In this document: in pieces, positions 1 through 10,800 of the stretch
How positions within the stretch are numbered: position 1 is the stretch's first letter
Layout of the letters: the number at the start of each line of letters is the position of its first letter
Assembly: GCA_963793425.1 (NCBI GenBank)
Contig: CAWCAG010000006.1
Coordinates: 19,199 to 83,198 of the forward strand
Direction of reading: 5' to 3'
Source: an uncultured cyanobacterium
Lineage (GTDB): Bacteria; Cyanobacteriota; Cyanobacteriia; Cyanobacteriales; CAWCAG01
DNA length: 64,000 nt
Program-made: the position numbers and the translations under genes
The notes under the pieces: model-generated
What the model saw: only the letters and a program-made list of their open reading frames with translations
Database searches by the model: none
What the model was told of the DNA's origin: nothing

Positions 1-352
1 GAGAGTTTCTAGAAGGAAACGGGAATAAACCTGTACGCCCCCTTTGAAGTTAAAGATATTAGGGAAAAGTAGGAAAAAGTGCGCCCTTGATTTGCGTTTA
101 AACATGGCTGGTTAGAGAGAGAAAACAGATAGTTGTTAGATAGAGTGACTAAACTCTTCTATGGTCTTCTCGGTTCTAGTCATGATCTTTTATGCACAAT
201 TGCCGATTTTGTTACAAAACTAAATTTTAGTCGAGGTTAAGAGTGAGAGATTTTGATTGTAAAGAAATGTATCACGATGCGTAAATAACGACTTACCAAG
301 TAGAGAAGAGGGTAAGACAGTAAATCTGATTTTTTCTCACCAGATAATCAAA

Positions 353-3300
353 ATGGCACTACCTGAAAATAAGTCTTCTCGTTCTAGCAATTCCAAAATT
401 CAAGCTTTTATTTTAGAACCAATTCTTACTCCAAGCGGCCTTTTAGATGGCGGTGATGACGGGGTAGACTTAGCCCTCTTTAACCCTGATTCACCAGAAG
501 ATGTTAATCCTTTAGCAGAAATATACCAAGATTTTAGCAATGAAGAACTAGAACCGATTAGCTTCTTTGAGGAAATAGAAGCAGATCAAATAACAGAAAT
601 AGCCAGTACCTCAGTTCCTAGCTTCGACTCCGGTATCTTTACCGTCGGTGACACCGGGAAAGTAACAGTTGACTTCCTCTTTGACGGTGGTGGTTATGAA
701 GGGGAATTAGCCATCTTCAGTTTAGAGGGGCTGAATCCTGAATCGGAAGACTTTGGCAGTGAAGCTGCTAACCGGGCTTTAAGTAACTCTGAATTAGGCT
801 ACATCGTCATCTCCGATGCCACCGACAGGGCAAGATTTTCCGGGGAATTAGGAGAAGCAGATCACAACTCCGGCATTTATAAACAAGGAGATCCTGTGAG
901 CATGAAGCCGGGCGATCGCTTTGGTTTTATGCTCATTCCCAACGGAACAGTAGAAGAGTTTCTCGACAATCCCGACAAGGGTAATTTACGTCCTCTTTTC
1001 TCCGTTGCTACAGCTAATCCTGAAGATGCTTTTCATCTGGGGCAAATTGCTGATGTTACCGGGGATGGCAGCACCTTTGTCATGGAAGACTTGCGAGTTG
1101 ATGGTAAGTCTGATCTGGATTATAACGATATTATTTTCCAGGTGCGTGGGGCAACAGGAGAAGCTGAATTACTAGATAATGTTATTGAAGATGGGCAAGA
1201 GTGGCGAGATACTGAATTGGGAGAAGCTATTTTAGAATATGCTAATCCTCAAGTAGATCCTCCCGTTACTGATTATAATTTTCCCACTGAAGACCAACCC
1301 CTGATTGGCTTTATTGATACCGGATTTAGCGGTGATAATCCCGACTTAGACTATGAAAAAATTAGTTTAGGAACAGATAAAATTGCCAACGATGCTGACC
1401 CTTTGCTAGCTCCAGGAGAGGGTAATGAACATGGTACTCATGTTTTAGGTATTGTCGCAGCCGAGAATAATAATGATATTGGTATTGATGGTATTAATGA
1501 TGATGCGCCTATTTGGTTAGGAAGGGCTGTTAATTCAGGAAAATGGGCAGAATCTTTAATGGAGTTTGTCGATGCTGCTAAAGAGTCTGGGCAACCTAAT
1601 GCGATCGCAAACTTAAGCTTTGATCTAACTCAAATTGATATTGATGGTGCAGAAACCACCCGTTATGAGTTTACACCCTCAGAAATAGCAGCATTAGAAT
1701 ATGCCCAGCAAAATAATGTCCTTGTTGCTGTTGCCGCAGGGAATGAAGGAGAAGTAATGTCAGCGTTGGGACAAGCTTCTCAGCAATTTGATAATGTTAT
1801 TACCGTAGGTTCAGCAGAACAAATTAGTGGTGAAACTTCTGTTTGGCAAGGCTTTGACAAGGCTGAATATGCAAGTTATGGTGAAGGATTAGATATTGTT
1901 GCCGATGATTTAGGTTCAATTGAAGGAACTTCCGTTGCTACAGCGAAAGTAACAGGGGCAGCTTCACAAGTTTGGGCTGCTAATCCTGAATTAAGTTATC
2001 GTCAAGTGATTGAAATTCTTAAATCTACAGCAACAGATATCAATGAGTTAGGAGAAGATGTAGAAACTGGGGTAGGATTACTCAACATTGCTGCGGCAGT
2101 TAGTTTAGCACGAGGAACAACACCGGAAACAAAACAATCAGAACTTCCTTTGATTGAGTTGCCGGACTTAAAAACTTCTAACTTGGAAACCCATCAAGTT
2201 GATCAGGATGTAGTTTACCTTGCCAGCAGCCACGGAGAAATTATCCGAGTTAACACTCGCACCTCAGAAGAAACAGTTATCTATCAGGGCAAAACTTTTG
2301 CTGATATTGCTACAACCGCTAGTGATGTAATTCTTGGTACAACTGGAGACAGTTTATATTTAGTTGACCCTGTAACAAATAAAGAGAAATTAATTGGTGA
2401 ATTTCCTGCCAACGTCAAAATTGATAGCCTAACTTTTTCTCCCGAAGGTACACTTTATGGTGCAGATACCAACTTAGGTAAACTTTATTTCCTCTCTCCT
2501 CAAACGGCAGAAATGACTGAAATACCTTCTTTGGGTAATGCTGATTTGGGTAACATTGTTTTCAACAATCATCAAATTTTAACTACTACCAACGACCAGT
2601 TAGTGACTGTAGACACAATCACAGGGCAATCTGAAGTTATTGGCGATTTAGGTTTTTCCTCTGTTTCTGGACTAGCATTACTCAATGGTACTCTCACTGC
2701 TTTTACCTCAGAAGGGCAACGTCTAGAAATTAATCCTCAAACAGGTGCAGCCAAAATTGTTGGAGAAATGACCTCACCAAGTTTTATTAATGGTGTAGCA
2801 GATTATCCTAGCAAGAGTGGTATTTTCCTCGGTCAAGCCCCTATTCTTCCTGAACCAGGCAAACTCTTTGCACCTTCTATTAGTGAAAGACCAACTAACC
2901 CCAAAAACCCTCAATCTTATGTTTTTCGAGACTCTGACAAAATTAGCTTGCTTAGCCAGGTGGGGAAAGCTGCATTGGGACAAGTCTCAAATCAACCTCC
3001 TCAAAATGTAACCGAGGCCTTTAACTGGCTGTATAACCAACGTCATCAAGGTCAATTAGGTTTTCCTACAGGGCCTGTAAGTCGTCGCCAAATTGCAGGG
3101 CAATCGGTTTGGCTGCAAGAGTTTACTAAATGGACTAAATCTGGCAATCGCGGCATTATCGTCATGCGGGAAAGTGATAATAACCGCACTGATCATGAAA
3201 ATGTTGTTTATGGTGTATTTGGCAACCCCCTCAAACGCTGGCGTATCAAAGATATGGGCTTACCCACTGGTAACTCTGGCCTTGCCCTAACATCTCCTTA

Positions 3301-5341
3301 TGGTACAGAAGGCTGGTGGCAGCCTTTTGAAGAGGGAACACTCCATTGGACTAAACCAGATAATGATAGCTATGCTCTCTGGCAAGAATATCAAACAGAA
3401 TATGAAGCCCAAGGAGGCTCCGGTGGATTTTTAGGTTTTCCCACATACGAACCTAATTCCCTTGGAAGAATGCAAGGGCGCAATTGGGAAATTGGCCACT
3501 TTGAAGGCGGCTTTATGTTGTGGAATGCAGGGCTAGGTGCTATTAGCTTTAGTTGGGATGACTATCAAGGGGCTAATGGCGTTGCTTGGCAACTATTTTG
3601 GCGAGCCGTTGCTGCTGGTTTAAGCGGTGATCAAATAAGAGCCTTAATGGATGCCTACCGACCTCAAAGTAATGCTGCAACTCAGCTAGTTGGTACTTTA
3701 CGGCGTAGGGGTGGTCAAGATGGCTGGGGTTGGACTCAGGAGTTCGATGGCTTCGATGGGAAACGAATCCTCATGTTAGAAGATGGGAAAAACGAAGCCT
3801 TTTGGGTGAATGGAGACAACTACCGGGAGTATATGGAGTTAGGTGGCCCCGAAGGGCGCTGGTTAGACAGTCGATTTGTTGGTTTGGGTTTCCCACGTTC
3901 TAATGAACAGCTTATCAATCGCCCAGATGGCCGTTATGCTACCTGGCAAGCCTTCTCTTCTGGTGATGGTAAAAGTCGTATTCATCATTTGGGACGCAGC
4001 GTTGCTACTTGGGGATCAATTGGTGCTACATACACAGATATAGGCGGTGCAGTCCATTGGCTAGGAATGCCAACACGTCGTGAATATTTTGACGGAGAGT
4101 ATACCATCTCAGACTTTGAAGGTGGTCGTATTGCTTTCCACAGAAACACTGGCTGGATTCAAGTATTACGTCCCTTCTTTGAAGAAGCAACCAGTGGCTC
4201 TGAATGGAATACCAGTGTGTATAGTTGGAACCCAGCACAAAGTGAACCACCAGGGGATTTGCAGAACCTAGTGAAACTTGCTGTACTTAACCTTGGCTCT
4301 CATAACCGCAGCGATGGTAAAAAAGGTATTCAGTTTGATTCGGGACAAGGTTCACCGAAAGGGGATTCTCGCTTACCTCAAGACCACTTTGCACTCCGTA
4401 GCTACACCCATGCTTACTTTGAGGAGGGTAAGAAGTATAAAGCAGTGGTACGAGGGGATGATGGCTTCCAGCTTTTTGCTAAACACCATAGCCTACCTGA
4501 CAATGACCCGAATAAATGGGTCTACTTTACACCTGAAAATGAGTGGCAGTCTGCCTATGGAGATCATAAGGTAGTTGAGTTTACTGTACCGAACAGTGGT
4601 TGGTACGATTTTCACTATCATCTTTATGAAGGTGGTGGCAACGCTTATTTTGATTTGTCTTGGGAGGAAGCTTTTTCTCCTAAAGAAGGTCATGTTAACT
4701 CTAATGTTGGTAATATTCCTCTTAATTTCCGCGACCGGCCTTCTTTAGATAGTTCTACCATTATTGGCAAGTTGCCTCAAGGGACTACGGTGAAAATCCT
4801 GGAAAAAGTTCCTGGTGGTATTTATCAACCAGGCGATCGTACCGATTGGTATAGGATTGAGGCTAACAATAAGACTGGTTATGTAGCTGCTTATTATATA
4901 AGTGAAGGTAGTGGAGATAGTGGTGGAGGTAATAGTGGATGGCAAAATCCACTAGATCCGGGAACATATACAATTCTTCCAGGCGGTGAGTTTGGCGCAC
5001 GTGGTGGCTCACACTATGGTATTGACTTATCTACTTGGCATAGTAATCCATATGTCCGTGTCAAAGCGGCACAACCAGGTAAAGTTGTCGAAGTAGGAAA
5101 TCATCCAAACGGATGGGGAAATTTTATTCGCATTCGACATGGCAATGATTTTCAAACAGTGTATGCACATCTGTCCCAAATTGATGTCAGCGAAGGTCAA
5201 TTAGTGAGTGGTGGACAAAAAATTGGCAATGTTGGCAGTACAGGTAATTCATCGGGACCTCATTTACATTTTGAGATTTACGTTCCTCCATTCCGTTGGC
5301 CAACAGATACTCGTAACCCCCGGAACTACCTGCAATTTTAG
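353..5341 (+). CDS. Large multidomain surface protein: DUF4114-like, S8 subtilase, propeller-like segment, LGFP repeats, PA14-like, SH3b, M23 peptidase
   Basis: S8 triad motifs IDTG / HGTHV / GTSVA; MEDLRVDGKSDLDYND; LGFP/LGMP repeats; SH3b LNFRDRPS...WYRI...GYV; M23 HYGID, YAHLS, GPHLHFE. Confidence 0.85.
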   Translation: MALPENKSSRSSNSKIQAFILEPILTPSGLLDGGDDGVDLALFNPDSPEDVNPLAEIYQDFSNEELEPISFFEEIEADQITEIASTSVPSFDSGIFTVGDTGKVTVDFLFDGGGYEGELAIFSLEGLNPESEDFGSEAANRALSNSELGYIVISDATDRARFSGELGEADHNSGIYKQGDPVSMKPGDRFGFMLIPNGTVEEFLDNPDKGNLRPLFSVATANPEDAFHLGQIADVTGDGSTFVMEDLRVDGKSDLDYNDIIFQVRGATGEAELLDNVIEDGQEWRDTELGEAILEYANPQVDPPVTDYNFPTEDQPLIGFIDTGFSGDNPDLDYEKISLGTDKIANDADPLLAPGEGNEHGTHVLGIVAAENNNDIGIDGINDDAPIWLGRAVNSGKWAESLMEFVDAAKESGQPNAIANLSFDLTQIDIDGAETTRYEFTPSEIAALEYAQQNNVLVAVAAGNEGEVMSALGQASQQFDNVITVGSAEQISGETSVWQGFDKAEYASYGEGLDIVADDLGSIEGTSVATAKVTGAASQVWAANPELSYRQVIEILKSTATDINELGEDVETGVGLLNIAAAVSLARGTTPETKQSELPLIELPDLKTSNLETHQVDQDVVYLASSHGEIIRVNTRTSEETVIYQGKTFADIATTASDVILGTTGDSLYLVDPVTNKEKLIGEFPANVKIDSLTFSPEGTLYGADTNLGKLYFLSPQTAEMTEIPSLGNADLGNIVFNNHQILTTTNDQLVTVDTITGQSEVIGDLGFSSVSGLALLNGTLTAFTSEGQRLEINPQTGAAKIVGEMTSPSFINGVADYPSKSGIFLGQAPILPEPGKLFAPSISERPTNPKNPQSYVFRDSDKISLLSQVGKAALGQVSNQPPQNVTEAFNWLYNQRHQGQLGFPTGPVSRRQIAGQSVWLQEFTKWTKSGNRGIIVMRESDNNRTDHENVVYGVFGNPLKRWRIKDMGLPTGNSGLALTSPYGTEGWWQPFEEGTLHWTKPDNDSYALWQEYQTEYEAQGGSGGFLGFPTYEPNSLGRMQGRNWEIGHFEGGFMLWNAGLGAISFSWDDYQGANGVAWQLFWRAVAAGLSGDQIRALMDAYRPQSNAATQLVGTLRRRGGQDGWGWTQEFDGFDGKRILMLEDGKNEAFWVNGDNYREYMELGGPEGRWLDSRFVGLGFPRSNEQLINRPDGRYATWQAFSSGDGKSRIHHLGRSVATWGSIGATYTDIGGAVHWLGMPTRREYFDGEYTISDFEGGRIAFHRNTGWIQVLRPFFEEATSGSEWNTSVYSWNPAQSEPPGDLQNLVKLAVLNLGSHNRSDGKKGIQFDSGQGSPKGDSRLPQDHFALRSYTHAYFEEGKKYKAVVRGDDGFQLFAKHHSLPDNDPNKWVYFTPENEWQSAYGDHKVVEFTVPNSGWYDFHYHLYEGGGNAYFDLSWEEAFSPKEGHVNSNVGNIPLNFRDRPSLDSSTIIGKLPQGTTVKILEKVPGGIYQPGDRTDWYRIEANNKTGYVAAYYISEGSGDSGGGNSGWQNPLDPGTYTILPGGEFGARGGSHYGIDLSTWHSNPYVRVKAAQPGKVVEVGNHPNGWGNFIRIRHGNDFQTVYAHLSQIDVSEGQLVSGGQKIGNVGSTGNSSGPHLHFEIYVPPFRWPTDTRNPRNYLQF

Positions 5342-5363
5342 TGTGTAATCACTAGTCCAATCT

Positions 5364-5490
5364 GTAGGAACAACCCGTTGACATAATCTCAATCATTTTG
5401 GGTCGCCTCCCCCACCAATAAACCCCGCAAGGGCGACCCAATTTTATCGGTTTGTGGGGTACGAAAATAACCTAGGCGGGTCGCCCCTAC
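5364..5490. repeat. REP/REPIN-like palindromic element (GTAG...CTAC family), with a partial copy to ~5620
   Basis: Imperfect inverted ends GTAGGAACAACCCG / CGGGTCGCCCCTAC and internal hairpin TTGGGTCGCC...GGCGACCCAA. Confidence 0.7.
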
Positions 5491-5799
5491 ACCATGATTT
5501 GGATGATGGGAATATTTTTAAATGCGATCACATATCCCCAATCAACAATCCCCAATTTTATCGGTTTGTGGGGTACAAAAATAACCTAGGCGGGCCGCCC
5601 TTACGATATGATTTGGATGATGGGAATTTAGGAGCGATCGCACAACCCAAAACAATCGTAGAGACTATCTTTAGTAACCTATCAATTAATCACACTAGGT
5701 CGCCTTCCCCACAGATAATTCCTATCGATTATGTTAGCTACATTTCAAATATAATAGACATTTGTGAACAATAATACTTAAATTATTAAAACCAAAAAT

Positions 5800-6054
5800 A
5801 TGTCACATCAACTAACTATTAACTACCCAGAAACATTTCCTGATGCCTTACAACAAACCAGGCAACAATTTGAACAAGAAGCAAAATGGGCAATGGCTGT
5901 TAAGCTTTTTGAAATGAAACGTCTCTCTTCTGGCATGGCAGCAGCATTAATCGGCATTGATAGAGTCTCATTTTTGCTTAATTTACATCGTTACGGTGTA
6001 CCGATGATTGATCTTAGTGAAGAAGAATTATTAACCGATTTAGCCAATGCCTGA
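5800..6054 (+). CDS. UPF0175 family protein (putative antitoxin)
   Basis: AVKLFEMKRLSSGMAAALIGIDRVSFL motif; overlaps the PIN gene start. Confidence 0.85.
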   Translation: MSHQLTINYPETFPDALQQTRQQFEQEAKWAMAVKLFEMKRLSSGMAAALIGIDRVSFLLNLHRYGVPMIDLSEEELLTDLANA

Positions 6055-6556
6055 AACTGAAACAATTGTGATTAATACTGGACCACTAATTGCTCTTGTA
6101 GCTGCTTTAGGGGACTTAGAAGTATTACAATCTCTCTACACCCAAGTATTGGTTCCTTATGAAGTCTGCCAAGAAATCCTCGTTGGTGGTTCTAGTGGTT
6201 TTGCTGTAACAGAATTTGCCGCAGCAACTTGGCTACGAAAACAGCCAACTTCCTTAAATATTTCCCCTTTATTACTCAATACCCTTGATTCAGGGGAAGC
6301 GGCAGTCATTCAATTAGCCATGAATGAAAATATCCAAACTGTCTGTATTGATGAAGCAGCAGGTAGGCGAATTGCTAGATTAAGTGGACTTTCTGTTACA
6401 GGTTCAATTGGTATTTTGCTACGTGCCGAACGAGAAGCTTATCCTGTTTCGATACCCCAAGCTATTTCTCAGATGCTCAACCAAGGAATTAGGTTGAGTC
6501 AGACTGTGATTGATTTTGCTCTCAAACAATCTACTAAAGGTAATTCTGGTAATTAA
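6047..6556 (+). CDS. DUF3368 PIN-domain protein (putative toxin)
   Basis: INTGPLI, LDSGEAAVI, IDEAAGRRIA, VTGSIGILL. Confidence 0.85.
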   Translation: MPETETIVINTGPLIALVAALGDLEVLQSLYTQVLVPYEVCQEILVGGSSGFAVTEFAAATWLRKQPTSLNISPLLLNTLDSGEAAVIQLAMNENIQTVCIDEAAGRRIARLSGLSVTGSIGILLRAEREAYPVSIPQAISQMLNQGIRLSQTVIDFALKQSTKGNSGN

Positions 6557-6584
6557 TTTGCGATCGCTTACTACACGGATAATT

Positions 6585-6795
6585 CCCAAAAAGGGCGACC
6601 CAATTTTATCGGTATGTGGGGGACAAAAACAACGGAAGCGGGTCGCCCCTACGTCATGATTTTGATGATGGGAATATTTTTTAATTGCGATCGCATATCC
6701 CCCGCCAATAAACCCCGAAAGGGCGACCCAATTTTATCGGTATGTGGGGGACAAAAACAACGCAGGCGGGTCGCCCCTACACCATGATTTGGATG
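6585..6795. repeat. Two tandem right-half REP-like units
   Basis: GGGCGACCCAATTTTATCGG...GCGGGTCGCCCCTAC occurs twice; same family as 5364-5490. Confidence 0.7.
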
Positions 6796-6989
6796 AAATA
6801 TTTTTTACCACATTTGTGATACCTACGGTGGGCTTTGCCTACGCACTCCCCAAACTTAGTAAGCAAACTGTTTATATTCCAATGGTTATCTGTCAATTGA
6901 TCAGATGCGATCGCAAAAATCCCGTAGAAGCAATCTAAAATACCCTAAATTAGATTAATCATCCCTCAAACAACTTGCACTAACAGCTA

Positions 6990-7250
6990 ATGACAATGAA
7001 GACTATCTCTATTCAACTTCCAGAAACTGTATTTTCTGCCCTAAGAAAAAGTCCTGAAGAATTTGTACGTGAAATGCAAATTGCTGCTGCTGTTAAGTGG
7101 TATGAATTAGGAGAAATATCTCAAGCAAAAGCTTCAGAAATAGCTGGTTTAACTCGTACTGAATTTATTCAAGCCTTGGCACGTTATAAAGTTGATTTTA
7201 TGCAATACACACCAGAAGAACTTACCGAGGAAATGATGAATGTTAGTTAA
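6990..7250 (+). CDS. UPF0175 family protein
   Basis: AAAVKWYELGEISQAKASEIAGLTRTEF. Confidence 0.85.
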   Translation: MTMKTISIQLPETVFSALRKSPEEFVREMQIAAAVKWYELGEISQAKASEIAGLTRTEFIQALARYKVDFMQYTPEELTEEMMNVS

Positions 7251-7728
7251 GAAAGTTGTTATTAACTCTTCTCCACTCATCGTTCTTTTCAAAAGCCAAC
7301 AAGCCGAGCTTTTGCCACAGCTTTTTTCTGAAATATTAGTACCAATCGCCGTTTGGAATGAGGTGACTGCATCAGGAAAAAGTGACCTATCTACAGTACA
7401 ACTACCCAATGTTTCTTGGGCGCGAAAGGTAGACATTGCTAATGTCGCTCCAGAAATAGTAGCCTGGGATTTAGGAAAAGGTGAATCAGAAGTTTTGAGT
7501 TTGGCTTGGAAAAATCCTGATCATGTTGCCATTGTTGATGACCGCGCAGCACGTCGTTGTGCCAAATCTTTAGCTATTGTCACCATTGGTACTGGAGGTT
7601 TGTTACTTCTAGCAAAACAAAGAGGTTTAATCTCTGTAGTGACTCCCAGACTTCAAGCTTTGCGAGATGCAGGTTTATGGTTATCAGACTCTCTGTTCAA
7701 TCTTCTCAAACAACAGGCTGGCGAGTAA
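7240..7728 (+). CDS. DUF3368 PIN-domain protein
   Basis: INSSPLI, DLGKGESEV, VDDRAARRCA, GTGGLLL. Confidence 0.85.
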   Translation: MLVKKVVINSSPLIVLFKSQQAELLPQLFSEILVPIAVWNEVTASGKSDLSTVQLPNVSWARKVDIANVAPEIVAWDLGKGESEVLSLAWKNPDHVAIVDDRAARRCAKSLAIVTIGTGGLLLLAKQRGLISVVTPRLQALRDAGLWLSDSLFNLLKQQAGE

Positions 7729-7753
7729 GACAATTCGCATCAATCAAAACCTC

Positions 7754-7828
7754 GTAGGGGCAACCCGTTGTATAACCTGACCTAAAAACAAATCATCTTG
7801 GGTCGCCCTCCCCACCAATAAACCCTCC
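7754..7828. repeat. Left half of the REP-like element
   Basis: GTAGGGGCAACCCGTTG...TTGGGTCGCCCTCCCACCAATAAACCC. Confidence 0.6.
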
Positions 7829-7843
7829 ACAAAAAAATCTACC

Positions 7844-10800
7844 ATGTCCAAGCTAACCACCTTATTCCTTCTCGCTACAACAATCCTTTCTGCTTCTCCT
7901 CTACAAGCGCAAATCACTCCTGATACCACACTAGGACAGGAAAACTCACAACTTATCAACAACGCAGAAATTAAAGGCTTACCAGGGGAACTAATCACTG
8001 GCGGCGCTATTCGCGGTAGCAATCTTTTTCACAGTTTTAGTCAGTTTAATGTTGGAGAATTGCAACGGGTTTACTTTGAAAATCCGGCAGCAATCACTAA
8101 TATCTTAACCCGCGTAACTGGTAACAATCCCTCAGAAATATTAGGGACTTTAGGGGTTGACGGTACTGCAAATTTGTTTCTTATTAATCCTAATGGTGTC
8201 TTCTTTGGGGAAAATGCTCACTTAGATATTGCAGGGTCTTTATTTGTTAGTACTGCTGATAGTTTGTTGCTAGAAAACGGTGCAGAATTTAGTGCTACAA
8301 ATCCTGATGTGCCTCCATTGTTAACAGTTAATTTACGTCCTGGTTTGCAGTATGGGAATAATATTCCCCGTGCCAAAATAACTAATCGAGGTAAGTTGAT
8401 TGCGGGGGGCGATTTGACCTTGGTGGGGCAGGATTTAGATTTAACTGGTGAAGTGCAAGGTGGTGGTGATGTTAATTTAGTCGCTACAAACGAGGTTAAG
8501 ATTAGGGATAGTAATACTGCTCCTTTTATTGCTGCTGCGGGGGAAGAGTTGTTAGTGCAGGGTGATGAGAAGGTGGATATTTTTGCCCTGAATCATAGTG
8601 ATAGTGGTTTGTTTGCTGGGGGAGATTTAACTTTGCGTTCTGATAATGCTGTAGGTGGTGATGCTCATTATTGGAGTGGCGGCAACTTTCGAGTTGAGAA
8701 ATTAGACGGGAGTTTAGGAGATTTGTTTAGTCCTGATGACCCCATTGTTAGAGCGAGTGGTGATGTTAGTCTTGGTGCTTATGTGGGAGCTTCTTTGCAT
8801 ATTTTAGCTGGCGGTAGTGTCAATATTACAGGTGATGTAGATATTATTGGAACGGATGCAGTTAATTCATTGCAAGAAAGCATTACTCTTTCTGATCAGA
8901 CAACAGTGGTCAATGTTGATGGTGGTGCAGAAAGGACATTAGATATAAGGGCTGGCACTACGGCATTTAACCCACAGGGAACCCAAGGTATCGTACCAAA
9001 TATCTTTATTACTCCTGGTGCAGGAACTAGTGCCGATATTACAGTAGGAGGTGAAGTTACCAGTCGTAATGGTTTGGTTTTGCTGACGAATCAATATCAA
9101 CCCAATGGATTGGCTGGAGATATTGTCATTAGTGAAGAAATTAATACTGCTGGCATTACTGGTGATGGTGGACAAGTTGTTGTTGATTCGCGGGGGGATA
9201 TTCAATTTATAGGTTCAGGTTCTATTAATCCTACAACTAATAATAATCTAAATGTGCTAGGACTTGAAATTAGCGGCGATATAACACTTCTTGCTGATAG
9301 CGCGATTACTCTTGAGAGTGGCAGCAATGTAGTTACTAGTTTTACCCTTAACGCTGCTAAAAGTGGTGATATAACAGTGAAAGCAAACTCTCTTCTTTTA
9401 AATGAAGGTGCAAGACTCGGTAGTGTTACCGGAGGCGATGGACAAGGCGGAGATGTAAATATTACAACTTCTGATTTTGTCGAAGTACTTGGTAATCCTT
9501 TAGGTTTAAGCTTTCTAGTTGCTTACAACACTAACTTACCTGGTAATACCAATGCTTCAGGTTCAGCAGGGAATTTAACGATTAAAACTGGTCGTCTTTC
9601 AGTTATTGATGGAGGAGAAGTTTACACTAGGGCAGAAGCCGTAGGACGAGGGGGAGATATGACTATCATTGCTAAAGATTTGGTAGAAGTTACTGGGGCG
9701 CAGGGGCTGGGTAATGAAAGCGCTCTTTTTGCTGGGAGTAGAGATATTGGAGGCGATTCAGGGGATATTTTTATTCAAACTAAGCGCTTAGTGGCAGAAA
9801 GAGGAGCGCAAATAAGTGGCAATACTGAGTTCGGCACTTCAGGGGCAGCAGGGAATCTTACTATTATAGCTGATGAGTCTGTTGAACTAGATAATCCTAC
9901 AGCTTATCCTGGTGGACTACCCACAGGAATCTACACATTTACTAGTAATGACAAAGATGGTGGAGAACTTATCATTGAGACAAAAAGATTTACAGTACGG
10001 GGAGGAACTTCTGTGTCTACAGGTACTGATACTAGCGGAAATGCTGGAGATTTGATAATTAAAGCTTCTGAGTTTATGGAAGTCAGTGGAGTGTCACCTA
10101 TTAATGGGGGTGCAAGTAGAGTACGTGCAATCACTTCAAATGTAGGTGATGGTGGAGACATCAGAATCACTACCGGGAGTTTGACAGTAAAAGATGGAGG
10201 TAGAGTATCTGCTGAATCTACTGCTAGTAGTACTGGTAAAGCAGGTACTTTAACAGTTGAAGAGGCTGATTTAGTTGAAGTTATAGGAACTACGCCTGAT
10301 GGTCAAAATCCTAGCGAGTTGTTCTTAGATTCAGAGGGTACTGGTAATGCAGGAAGTTTCAATATTAATACCAGAAAATTGCTTGTACAAGGTGGCGGAC
10401 AAGTTTCTGCAAATACTTCTGGTAGAGGACAAGCAGGTATTTTAAACGTTGATGCTTCTGAATCAGTGGAAGTAATCGGCACTTCATCTGATGGCCAATT
10501 TCGTAGCCAATTGATCTTTGACTCTTCTGGTTCGGGCAATGCAGGAATTTTAGACATTGCCACCAGAAGATTACTCGTACAAGCAGGGGGCCTTGTTTCT
10601 GCTAAAACTTCTGGTTCAGGACAAGCAGGCATTTTAAACGTTGACGCGGCTGAATCCGTTCAAATTGCTGGCATTTCTGGGAATGGACAAAACCGCAGTG
10701 AGTTACTTTTTGACTCTTCTGGTACTGGCGATGCAGGAGAATTAACTGTCAACACCTCCCAACTATTCATTCAAGACGGGGGACAAGTTTCTGCTACTAC

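Noticed and set aside
5454..6938. ORFs 5454-5774 and 6744-6938
   Set aside because: Translations of the REP-like repeats
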